DNA from: Raillietiella orientalis
Lineage: Eukaryota
DNA length: 64,000 nucleotides
NCBI GenBank assembly: GCA_036172245.1
Contig: JAYWIR010000043.1
Location: 1,116,001-1,180,000 of the forward strand
Direction of reading: 5' to 3'
Shown here: one piece after another, positions 40,101-52,149 of the stretch
Numbering within the stretch: position 1 is the stretch's first letter
How the letters are laid out: each line of letters begins with the position of its first letter
The notes under the pieces: generated by a model
Databases searched by the model: none
What the model saw: the letters and a program-made list of their open reading frames with translations, nothing else
Told to the model about the DNA's origin: nothing
Made by a program: the position numbers and the translations under genes

Positions 40101-40349
40101 GTACACAAAAAAATTCCATAATAAAGTATCGGAATGTTTTCGTGGTAGCACACTAGGTGCTATCCCGCTCGGGAGACTTGCCATCAACCGGTGAACAGAC
40201 CGGTGAGGTCCTCTCCGACGGCGAAAGGGAAGGGAAAAATAAAACAAAAAGAAACAGAAAGAATTGAAAAATGGGGGCGGAAATGTCTATAGGGGAAGGG
40301 AGGGAAGGGAAGAGATCACTGCTCGCATGGATCGGACCTCTGCATCCTC

Positions 40350-41250
40350 TTCAGGATGTTGACTTTCAAATTGTTCCGGAATCGACGAGAGTCGATCTCA
40401 AAGTTCACGGAAGGCGACGCAGTCTATTAAAAGATGTGGGAAGGTTTCCCTTTCACCGCCCTCTGCACAGCCGGTATACACACTCCCTTGTGTCCAGTGA
40501 GAGAGGAGTGCTCTGCATAGAATTCCTCAATGCAGGAATAGCAACGCCGTCTCTTGCCACTGCATGGGAAGGGTGCCACTGTTAAAACACTCTGGGAGCC
40601 ACTTCATCTCCTCCGGAAGTATTCCGAGCAGCTCGCCCCAGAGCATGTGTCGTTTAGACGCGACACTCGGGGTCGCAGCATCCACTAGCTGCCGAGTTGT
40701 CCACGCCTTCATTGGTTTTTTCCTGCCTCCGATGAGGCAGAACACTTCCCACGATGCTCGCTCGTTGATGTCCCTAGCGTTCCTGAGGGAGGCAGCACGG
40801 AGCAAGGTGGGGGGAAGGAAGCCCACAGCAATTTGCATGGTTTTTACCATCCCTCGCAGGGGCTGTCGAGTGTAAAGGCCTCGTCGGAAGCAGGCGGATT
40901 CGAGAAAAGCTCCTGGAGGTGGTTCCTATCCTCCTCCCTCAACGCTTGGGAGCCCTCTGGCAGCAATCGCTGCGCGAGGTCCGTCACGTTAGGAGGGCAG
41001 TGTCTCATGAAGTCGCTTTTCCTTTCCTTTCTCGGGTGTTTTCTGAGGCCAAGTTGCGAAACAACGTTGCCAGGAAAAAAGCGATGCCCTTGACCCCAGA
41101 GTTCCGGGGCCGCGCGCACTGTCGCCTGAAGTCACAATCTCTCCAATAAGCTTCCGAACCATTCGTTTCCTTTTCGTCCATTCCTCTTTCAGGAAATCTT
41201 CTTTCACCGTCCATCCTCGATTCGTTTTCACAGTTTGCTGCTTCGAACCT
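40350..41250 (-). mobile_element. Degenerate DIRS1-like retrotransposon (RNase H and methyltransferase-like region)
   Basis: GW.......EW (GWGA..GxW), FPGNVV (IPGxxNVxAD), LQELFSNPP..EAFTL..W then GFLPPTLL (DAFxxxW..YAFPPxxLL), in DIRS order. Confidence 0.45.
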
Positions 41251-43803
41251 CACTGAACCGATCGGTAGCTGGTGATCGGCCGAATTCCCTCATGAAATGC
41301 CCCCTTTAAGTGGCCTTTGGTGACGCAGCTGTTTGAAACGGCAAAGGGCTCTTCGTTGCTTGGATCGTGGGCACACCAAATGACACAAACTTTCCCCACA
41401 GAGAGAGCGGCATGGTTTGCTTATTTCATTGGAGCGTTGGTACACTTCTTCTAAGAGCAGGCGTATCCATTCCGTATTGCAAGCACTTCCCGTCTGTGCT
41501 TTCGAGTGGCTTTTTTTTTCTTTGCCTTCTCTTGACCCTTACCAGGTGCCACTCTGAGAGAACTGGAAGTTGTACGCATCAGAGATAGCTGGTTGGTTCC
41601 TTACACCGCAAACATCAGATCCTTTTACACGTATGGTAGTAAGATCGAATTATATGTTCCCAAACCGATATTACCTCCTAGGTGCATTCCGATTTTCATT
41701 TCGAACTGATTGCTTTGATTTTGACATGCCGTAGTACCCTTTCAAGTTTCACTGCAAGATTTCTTTTCCCTCTTCGAAGGATCCGTTCCCAGCATCCTGA
41801 ATACGATCGCCCTATTCTTGCTGGAACTGTGCAGAATTATAAAAAAGTACACTTGATGGTAAGGTGCACTTCCTTGGGTGCCAAAGTCTTTCTGGTGTTT
41901 GAAATAAGCTTGACGGATTTGCCGTCGCAAAACAAACTTCCGTACCCGACTGGAAAGACCGTTCCCAACTTTGCACCGAAGACTGATTCTTTTATACATG
42001 ATTAAAACACCACTTTCCGATCTGCTTCGTGACCCACAATGTTTCTTGCTCGTTCCTTTGGGGAAGTGTATTTTCCATTTTTTCCGATAGTTCCTTCGCA
42101 AATCAGGTTTTTCGCGTGCATTGTATTCAGCGGTCCTTCTACAGGATTTTGAGAACCAGCTGTGAAGAACCAGCACGCCTTTACTCGCAATTTTGTGACG
42201 TACTTTGTAATCCATGGGCACCCTCTTTGAATGCAAATTTTTCCCCACTTTGCGCTAACTTTCATACTTGAAATAAATAACCTTCCCACATCACATGACA
42301 AAAATCCTCGAAATCCTTCCTCCTTGTAGCACGTGCACGCTTGGACAACAAGGACAACCTCTTCGTGGCGTTGGGCCTTAGCACGGTCGAATTCTTATTG
42401 ATTTCTTGCAGAAACGGGTTTTTGCTGTATGGAATTATACGTAATTGGAATTATTCGTCAATAGCGACAGAACGTTGCCGTGGTTTCTTTTTCCTGGGCT
42501 GGTGTTCCTTCTCAACAATTTTGTTTATTCGTTCACTTTCCTGAACTGCATTAAAATGCAGTCTCAGTAATTTACCAAGCTCCGAATTCTAAGATCTTCC
42601 GGACTTACGAAAACAAAGTGTACTGGGTTTTCTTGAATAATTACTACTATCTACTTGAATAATTACTCACCTAACTGATGGCAGTCACTTTGAGTATTAT
42701 CCCACCATTTCAACGATTTTAGTTATGACACAAATACACCAAGATGGCTTCAAAACTTCGGTTTCGAAAATGCTATTCCTGGTGACATCTTCGAAGTTAC
42801 TTGCTGCCCCTTGATCGCTGTTTTTCTAAATCACTTCAAAATATACTTGAAATAAGTGCTTCTGTTACCATGATTCTTCTGACCACATCTATCCAAAACA
42901 CACCTCAAAAGGTAGACTGCCTCTTATTATGAAGACAAATATTAATATGTGTTCACATTATATGAATTTTTGAATGAAGATGCACATATTTTTAATGTGA
43001 AACTATTCAACATCTTTTTGGCTTCTAATCAGGTGCCTTGTGCTCCGTCGTTAAGATTCTCCTCTGAACTTTCTTTAAAGTTCAAGATTAGATAGGAGGA
43101 AGAATATGTGTATTATAAGCATTCTTGGAGGTTTACGACTAATTAAACCTCTTTTCCTTGTACTTACTTAACACAGCTATGTATAACATAATGTCTTCTT
43201 CAGGCTGGTTTAATATTGGTATGCAATGCATGCAATCGAGTTTCCTGTCTACCTATTTTTGAAAGCACTTTTTTAAAAATAATGTTAAACATACTTCCAA
43301 GACCTATTTACAATAGGTAAAACGATTTTCAAGGCTTAAAATTTTAATTTGGAATATATGGACTGTTAAAGAAAAAAACTTAAGGAACATTAAATGAAAA
43401 ATTCTTTATTGAATATGAAAAATATGAAACTCTTTATTGAAGAAAAAGGAATAAAATAAACCAAAATTAATCAACATCCTGACACTCAGGAAGTCAACTT
43501 TCACGTGCATTATTACAGATGATACAGCATCTAAACTCATTTGATATTGTTTATTACTAATTTCTAAGACAGATCCAATAAATCTGATAGTATGCTAACC
43601 TATTCAATCAGAAATGCTTAAAATATGACTTTCATATTACATTAAATAATTGTATTACAGTTTGTTAAGTATAGAAAACAAAAGCAGTCTAATAAGATTC
43701 CTACATAATTTGCGATCATAACCTGATGAATCCACTTAAACAGCTAACATATTGTTATGCCTATCACAGATAAATAGTTACTTGGAATTCAAATGAGCAG
43801 ATT

Positions 43804-44521
43804 TTACATTTGATGCTTCTGTTTCTGGAGACGTCTCACTTTTTCTTGATGTAACTGAAAAAGCTGCTCATTGATATCATAATAATGAGGATTCTGAGCT
43901 CTATCCAGCTGTGGACAATAGGTCATGCACATAGATGATACTGCAGATGTTTGAGTTACATTTTCTGAATAAACAGGGTATACATAATTGTTTATTTGGT
44001 TTGATGTCACTATCTGGAAAAAGCAAAAAAGTTACAATTTAACTTACCAGACATTTCAATACACAAAACTGTTTACTATGTAATAATCCGTCATTGTAAA
44101 TGCATTCTTAACTAATAGCTCTTAATCTCAAATATTAATTAAAAAAAAAAAAAACACACACAAAAAAACAACGTAAGCTTACCTGTAATCCTTGTTTAAG
44201 ATGATTCTGATTAGGAATCTCATTGTTTTGATTTAGATGAAGATTATTAATTCTTTTAGATAGAGGCACAAAATCATAATTGTCGTCAATTCTCACATCT
44301 CTATTACGTTTTCTAAAACATACAACATAAGCTGATGATAAGGAATCTCAAATTTGAATTTTATACACAGAAGTCATCATTGAATCGAAGACCATTGCAT
44401 TAGCATGCATTCTAGTTTCAATTAAATCAGAACTATTTGCAAAAAAAAAACTACGGCCACGAACACAGTCTTAGCATGAAAACGAATAAACCGATGCAGA
44501 ATATGTAACTGACCTGTCCAT
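43804..44521 (-). CDS. Small protein of unknown function, 130 aa, exons 44521-44514, 44411-44367, 44312-44183, 44013-43804
   Basis: GT-AG junctions give an open 393-nt frame: MDRMHANAMVFDSMMTSVKRNRD..DFVPLSKRINNLHL...YCPQLDRAQNPHYYDINEQLFQLHQEKVRR. AT-rich and CpG-poor like neighbouring genes. The first two exons are less certain. Confidence 0.78.
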
Positions 44522-46049
44522 TGAAAACGAGAAATATCTGTTTTTCAAAGTAATCAACCAAATTCATTATGTCTCTTGAAGTCTGGGTTTCATGATCTAA
44601 AACAACTGCATCTGCATACTCACAAAATCAGCGCAGTACCACGGAAAACGAAGTACCAGCACACGTTTTGCTGCAGGTTCAACTATCCAGGTTATCACCT
44701 TACGAATATTCCTTTACTTATTTGACTGTAACTAGTTACATAATCTAAGAAGACAATTCCCACATGTAATAACAAAGAATTTCTAGTGTTTTCGTATGTT
44801 TATACAAAGGTTTTAGAATAAAAACTTTCTAAATCATAAGAAAATAAGTCTTCACGTTTAGCATATAAATGAATCAAAAACTTATTATTTAAATTAAAAA
44901 GACTATTCAAACATGAAAATCATTTCTTTGGGTAAGTGTATCAAATATTATAGTTACGGGAACCGTGCAAAAGTTATGCAAATGCAAATGAGATGTGCAA
45001 ACGATATTGTAGTTATACAAAAAGTTAAGCAGTTGAATGGTAGGTTATTCCCTGTTCCTGTTTCTCGAGTGCCATTTTTGAACGCCCTCAATGCATGTAT
45101 AGAAAAACAATTATCGATTACTGTTTTAAGGGGAACTAATATAAAGAATAGCAGCTAGAATTCTGTTTACGACAATTAGGAGAACAATCTAATGAGACAT
45201 ATATCAAAACCAAGATTTGGATGTTTACAGTTACCATCTCTGTAACTGATTAAAACTTAAAAAAGACTGTTTTGAAACAAAGATAACACTACCGAACTAA
45301 TGCCAAAGAGCAATCAAGTGCTCTAAAATTAATTAACACATGATTTCGATAACACATGACTTCAGATGACTATAAAGAGACAAGATCTCAACATGCTTTC
45401 GGGCATGCAAATGGATCAAAAATTGCGATAAAAAGGCAAAAGGTTTCCTCACTGTGAACTCGTTTTATAAACATTTCTAAGAACCCTTCTTTATTCGAAA
45501 AAACAGCAAACTTTACTTTCACAGAACGGTTGTTAATACATGGTCCATAGGAGGAAATGAACATTTAATAGATAGTTCACCCAATATGGGTAAAATTTCT
45601 TCAGTTTTCATTTCATTTTTAAATTTATATTCACATTTTTCATTATTTCGATCTATTGTAACATAAGACATGAAAATTTTATACGTAAAAATCTAGTCTT
45701 TTATTGCTTAACATTTCTAGATAATACTATGCACAGTTTCAGTTCTCTTAAACTTGCAACTACTCTTTCAACCTTTCTTTTCTTGCCAGTGCAACTTCTC
45801 TCTCAGCATGTATGAAGTAAAATCGGTACTGGAATTAGTAGAGAAACCAGATAGGAAGTACTAACACAGAAGAAAGCAACAAATCCCATGAACTCTCAAA
45901 TAAATCAATCCAAAAATTATGCAACCATTAAACTCATAGAATTTGCACAACATAATAACGACTACTAAATCACTTTTTTTGAATCATCTTTCCGAATTCC
46001 ATCACATTCAATGCCTGGAGCCCTTGCCGGGGTTTTGTGTAGGCGTATT

Positions 46050-46950
46050 TGCCAGGCGCTGCTTAATGCCGTAGCAGGAAAGGAGGAGTGAGGTGTTTAT
46101 GAGGGAATCCGCAATTATTGACCACACAGATTTCCGAACTTTCTTGAGCTTTTCTTTTTTTTTCCTCTCCCCGAAGAAAAACCTGCAGCTTTTGTTTTGG
46201 GTAAGCCGAGTTCGACAGAAAAACTTCCAGCATAAGAGATCAAAGAAGTGCGCTACGGGATTCTTGGGAGCCGCAACTTTTGTAAGAATTGCTGAGAAAT
46301 GATTTGATTGCTTTCTTCGAGTGAGTGCTGCTTCACAGAAAGAAAACACCGAACTGATGTCGCGCCTGATGCATTCCCTTCAGGTCCACTGATGGCAGGA
46401 TGCGGGAAGCTGGAATTGATGCTGCAACGGAGCCATGTTTGTTTCGGGACTCTTTTCCAGCATCGGAAGATTGCAATCATTCTACTGTGCTGTCATGAAT
46501 CGCCAAAAGGGCAATAATCTGTGAAACTTTTGCTTATCCGCTTAATGAGCAGACAGAATCTATCGAGGGTTACGTTGGTTTAACGTCAAGTGGGTGTCGC
46601 TTCAGTTGCAGCTCTCCCATGAACGGTCCAAAGTTTCATCGATAGAATATTGTTCCCCATTCAAAGGAAGAGAAAACATTCCAGGGCTTTTCCAAGATTA
46701 TTTGGAAAGTTAACCAAGCTCACTTTTCCCTTCGTTTCTTTTACGTGCATTTCCGACAGGCGTCGGAACGAGCGTGCTCACGGTCCAAGACAGAACACGA
46801 TGGGAACAGTCCGTTGCGAGGATGTGAACGAATTGGCATGCAGAATTTCTTGTATTCCACTTATCACTTTCAGTATGCTCTTATGCACAGGGATAATCAA
46901 AAAGTGGAACAGAACTGAAAGTTTTGCCTACGGCTACCACTCTGCATGCA
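46050..46950 (-). mobile_element. Degenerate piggyBac transposase
   Basis: DKWNT (DYWST), YSIDETL at about 46630-46649 followed after a frameshift by PFMGELQLKRH..VKPT (SIDE..FxGR..LKQY..KPT). Confidence 0.5.
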
Positions 46951-48020
46951 CGCAGTCAATGTAACTATGAAGTTTTTCACATTGTAATCAAATCTTTGCA
47001 TTGTTAAAAAGAACTGCAGGTCACACATACACATTGACGCGTGATTTCCCAAATAGATGCCGTCCTCGGCTTTCCCATTACCTAAACATTCCCAAATGAC
47101 GAAGTGTTCGAAACTTGAACGCGTTCAAAAAGAATGTGATCTCTCCTAATCTGTGAAACCATTACCAATTTTATTGGCCTCCCATCCATTAAAACACATA
47201 TAGATGTTTTTCGAGCACCAACTTTGGGAAGGTATTGCAATACTCGCTGGGTAAATTTCAGCGTTCGAATGTAGGGGTATAACAACAAAACTATCTAATA
47301 CGGTCATTTCGAAAGGATTTATGTATATGCAACACAAATATAGACATGATGGAATCTGAATTGAACTGCACTGCATGTTACTTACTGCCACTTCATAACA
47401 AGCTCTTGAAACATGGAAATCTGGCTTATAGTAGGTATGCCCTATATCTGAAAGACTCTTTCACCACTCTCTCTCTCCTCGGGATACACACACGAATTAC
47501 TGTGTTAAGGAAAAGGGTAGAGAACATTACAAATGTCCACATCATGGAAAAGTATCGGATTTAACCCTTGGGCCGAAAATTATTTAAATATGAAACTTCA
47601 ATATGTTACACAATGACCTTCCAACTTTTTTTTAATTTGACACTTCAGTCTTCTTGATATCATTTTAGGTAAATCAGACTTTTACCAGTACGAGCCTTCC
47701 TTTTCAAAATAACAAATACAAAACTAAATATTAGACTGGCTTGAAAGTTACATGATGAAAATCTTAGGAGCATTCAATTTCTCTTGTTTTGAAGATTTTA
47801 TTAATGTTTGCTTATGCAATTGCCATTGTGTGGTCTTCTCAGGAAAGTTTGGCACAAAGGAAACACAAAACTTTCATTAAATCTCATTCTCTCACAAATG
47901 ACTAAAATATATACTGTTGTTTATCTTCCTGCTTAAGACTTTTTCTCTCTTTAACAGATATTTTATGTTCTAATCTGGTAAGTGGATCAGCATGAATCAT
48001 CACGGTTTAGATTATCACAA

Positions 48021-50147
48021 TCATCTCTTGCCCCTTTTCATTCCAATCGTATTTCGTGGACTACTGAAAACATTTTCTGACGATTGAGAACATTCTGTTG
48101 GCTGTGCTACAAAAACATATGATCTTTTCAAAAAGTACTCAATCTTACTCTGTGGCAGCAAAGATCCACTCTGCATCCCCATTCCCATTATTGTAGGACT
48201 ACCAGGCAAATTTTTTTGATTAAGCAACCGATTCATAGCAGCTGCTGTGTTGACAAATGCCCCTGTGAAAGGGGTAGGTCCTAATGTAACAGGAGAGTAA
48301 CAGTGGCCAAGGGAGAATTCACGTGAAAGACCCAAAAATTTCTTCTTGGTGTCACACGAGTCTGTTGAATCAGTTACAAAATTTCGCCGAAATACCACCA
48401 CTTGCTCTTTTAATCTTTTGAAATTTTCATGAACTACTTGCAGCTGACCTGCCAAAGCCACAAAACTCTGGTGGAGACGACTGACAACCATGTTGAGTTC
48501 TGGAACAATGTACTGAGCTCTGCTGAATTTGAACATTTTCTTGGAATCTTACCTTGAACGCCAAATAGAGCTGGCTTGTGTAAAGTAACTAAATATTTCT
48601 CCAAATCATCTATTTGTGTTTTGAATGATTGCATCTGCTGTTCAAAATATCGTACTTTTTCTTGAAAATAGTGTTGTGGCGCTGTATTCTCATATTGCAA
48701 TCCTGGAGGAGTTTCATTTGTATGCTGTGCCATTTCAGCATCTTGAAGATCCTACCAAGGAATTTCACTCATTTTACTTATCCAAGAAAACCTGTGCAGT
48801 ATCATGTTTCAATCTCTTGACTTGAACAGCATTTCTCTGGATCCCAGAGGCAAGATTCAACAGCAAATGTTTCAAGGCTTCTGTTTCCTCTTCCACTTTG
48901 TAAATAGGCTTAGATGACATTCTGGCAATCTGCTCACGAATCACCTTTTGTTCTTTGACATATTTTCTGAATCCTTGAAATCATTAGCAGTCTCAGTAGC
49001 AACACTTACTTGAATTCTTCTGTAGCCTGGTAGATTTCATTTGGAAGCACACTTTCTTTTACATTCTTGCATGTTCCACTTTTTGTTTCACTAGTTCCAC
49101 TGCCTAGCCTCTCATTGTCATCAGCTCATAAGCAGCTTGAACATACCTTGAGATACATTTGTTACTTCAACACCTCCTAGTCCAGTAAAAGGTTTATTGG
49201 CAACAGGAGCTCCCCAAAGCCCAAGGCCTTGAGATGCTGTTGTACTTGGAGTAGCTAGAAAAATGAACATCCTCCAAAAATTTCTTAGTGCCAAAATCTT
49301 ACTTGTGCCAAATACATATCCTCCACTGGTTACTGTTGTGCAAGATGCAGGTGTACTCCCAAAATTAAAACTTCCTGGGGAAGCAGAAGCAGAAAATGTA
49401 AATCCTGTACAGCATAACGTGACCATCCAGTTTTTATCAAAATCAACTCACCTACAGATGATGGTGTAGTGATGGTAGATGTAGTTTGAGCACCAAATGA
49501 AAATCCTTAAAAGGTAAGAAAATCATCGATTCAAAGAATAACTGATGCTTTGGAATGTAACTAACCTGATGCTAATGTCGTCTGGGGAAAGGAAAAAGAC
49601 CCTAGGGTGGAAGTGGTTGTTGGTGTTCCACCAAATGTAAGTCCTGACTGGGAAAATGTTGGTGGGCTGGAAACACTAGTAGTCTGAAATGGAGTTGAAC
49701 TAAAACACAGACGATCAAAAAATATTAAGTGAAGAAATTCTACTTAAGTCATTACAAGTTTCTCTTAAGGATTTTAGTGCAAACTTTTTTTTATTAAAAA
49801 TAAAAAACGTTAAAAAAATCCTTGACACCGAAAACCACAATAACTTCAGTCAGTTTATGCAAAAGGCAATCACCTTATGATGTCTACTGAATACAATGCG
49901 GTAAATTCTGGCTCGTTTTTTACGTTATGAAGACTTTTACTTCACGCGTCAATAAACAGTTGGTCAACTAGATTCTCATGATCTTTTTTTAAAACAAAGT
50001 GTATTTGGTTGTCATGAATTGACCACGTTTTGAATTTTCAAAACGAAAATCTTACTGTTCATGTTCGGAAGTTTCGTTCGTAACGTGTTTTGCACAACGT
50101 GCTTACCTTGTCGCTCCAAACGTGAAGCCACTCGTCCCACCAAACAT
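48021..50147 (-). CDS. Nup58: Nucleoporin p58/p45, multi-exon; first exon 50147-50107, last exon 48106-48021
   Basis: Start MFGGTSGFTFGAT, Ser/Thr-rich FG exons, GLGG motif, KYVKEQKVIREQIARMSSK, ETPPGLQYENTAP, LHQSFVALAGQLQVVHE, GPTPF and C-terminal GMKRGKR, all typical of Nup58; short GT-AG introns in frame. Confidence 0.93.
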
Positions 50148-51019
50148 AATATGCTATTAATTTTGTAATTAATTTTCGCCTGGGAAATTCAATTAGCAGC
50201 AAACCACGAGTTTGTCCAAACAAATAATCTAATGTGTACACTTCAAAACACACCTACTGGAAGCGTTGACGAGTAAGCAAATTTGAAAACGGTCTTTTCC
50301 TGAACTTTTTTTTTCCTGGCGAACACATTGTATTACCAAATGACATGTGCTTTGTTTCAAATGTCATGCTGTGCATTCTCCGCTGAGCAAGTATTAGTTA
50401 CATCGAGTAGCATAATCAAAATATAAGAAATTTCAATTACAAGCACAATTTCGCATTGTTAAAATAAACATAAAAAACCATGCATTGTAAACAACTGTAC
50501 TGCTTTGCAGCTCTAATCCCCCACTCTCAAAATAGATTCAGGGACTCATCATACCGCATTCTATATAATATTTATCTTCCTAATTATCTTAATTTTCAAC
50601 GGAAATTTTTAAACTCTCAGGATATATCCACACAACGAACTGTATTCAGAGATCTGGACATAATAAAGAAGGATAAGTAATGTATCACAAACCAACACAC
50701 TTTAATAGGCATTGACATTTGAAAACTTTGAAATGTTGGGTTGTATTTATTTCATTCTTGGAATCCTCCATTCTTGAAAGCGCATTTCTAATAGAATGTG
50801 TTCATTCTTTGATGTTACTTACAAAAATTCTGCAAGGCATAATTCAAATACACAACTCGTGGTTGATTTTTTAAATATATTCAAACTATCACGCTCTTTC
50901 ACTTTCTGATGCTGACCGTATACAATATACAAAATATAAGGGCGCAAAGTAGGAATCTAAGTTTCCGGAATTAATGCTAACTATGCTGATTCTGAAATTT
51001 CCGAAAATTTATACAGCAA

Positions 51020-51650
51020 ATAAATTTTCTTGGGGACAGAGAAGGAACGAGAGCTGTAGTTCCATGGGAGAGTACAGACTTGAGTGAGAGCTCTGCTTTG
51101 TTCTTGAACTACAGCAAAGTGCTTGTCGAGGTACAGAATTTAGTAATACAATGTCATTAAGGTGACTGCAGCAAAATTCCAAAAGGGATGAGGACCAGTG
51201 AATGAAGCTTGCCATCAAAAGGCAAAAGAGAACACTAGGATGGCTAGCTGTGGACAGGAAAAAGTTTCTCGACGACTTCATGACCAGACATAATATCTGA
51301 TGCTTAGTTGAAATTGAGCAAGATGACTTGCAAAGTGCACATGGAAAGTCGAATTCTCATATAATGCAAGAACTCCACATAGAACACTCGAGCAAATGCA
51401 AAATGTTTCCCAAGTGTTGAATTGTATCCAGGAAAAGTACCGATCATGTGAAGTTGTAAGACCGGAAATACCTTTTGCTTTGCTATGCACCCCAGTTGAA
51501 TAGTGAAGACTAAGACCTTCATCTAGTGCTTTTTTCCTATGAAGCATTTTGTTTACTGAGGAAACTACCACATCGTAGAGATGGAAAAAGCTAATTATTT
51601 TGGGATACAAGCACCTCAAAGTCTGAAGATGAACTTCTGGTTAACATCTG
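51020..51650 (+). mobile_element. Possible third piggyBac transposase relic (AT-rich)
   Basis: NES..MG (DES..FxG), FLDDFMT (DNFFT), LLCT (LST), RWK..F (RRW..F) in order, with multiple stops. Confidence 0.35.
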
Positions 51651-52149
51651 CACCATTGGAACTTTTCAGGAAAGGGGACCATCCCTTTTCCTGAAAAGAA
51701 GAGAATCAGGTTTCTGATCACCATCACGATAGAAAAATACATGCTACCATAGTTTCGGGAAACGTACAACTGAGCCTTTTGTTCCAACGAAGAGAATGTT
51801 CTCAAAGGCTGATTTTTGTAATTTATATGAGCGAGAGAAATGGTGAAGATATTTCGTTAGCTTTCCATTGATGACTGTTCATTTTTTTACATGGTTTTCT
51901 GCAAACCTTGCATATTCAGATCATATCCTTGACAGCGATCTCAATCTTCCAATGTATAAATTATTTAAGAATAGATAATAGCTTAGAAAAAACACGCATA
52001 ATAAAAGTCTGAGGCTTAACTAATATTTCATACCGAATTCACTATATGAAGTACAGTATTTAATATACATTAGATGCTAGTATTTACAATAGAATTTATC
52101 AATATAGTTTTTAACAGACAACAAATTATGACGATAAGAGTTCACCAAT

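Noticed and set aside
41400..42300. Minus-strand 168-aa ORF
   Set aside because: No recognisable motifs or splice structure; probably another decayed repeat.
44047..44110. Extra exon in the 130-aa gene (strong GTAAGT donor)
   Set aside because: Candidate acceptors give in-frame stops and the following intron would be about 34 nt.
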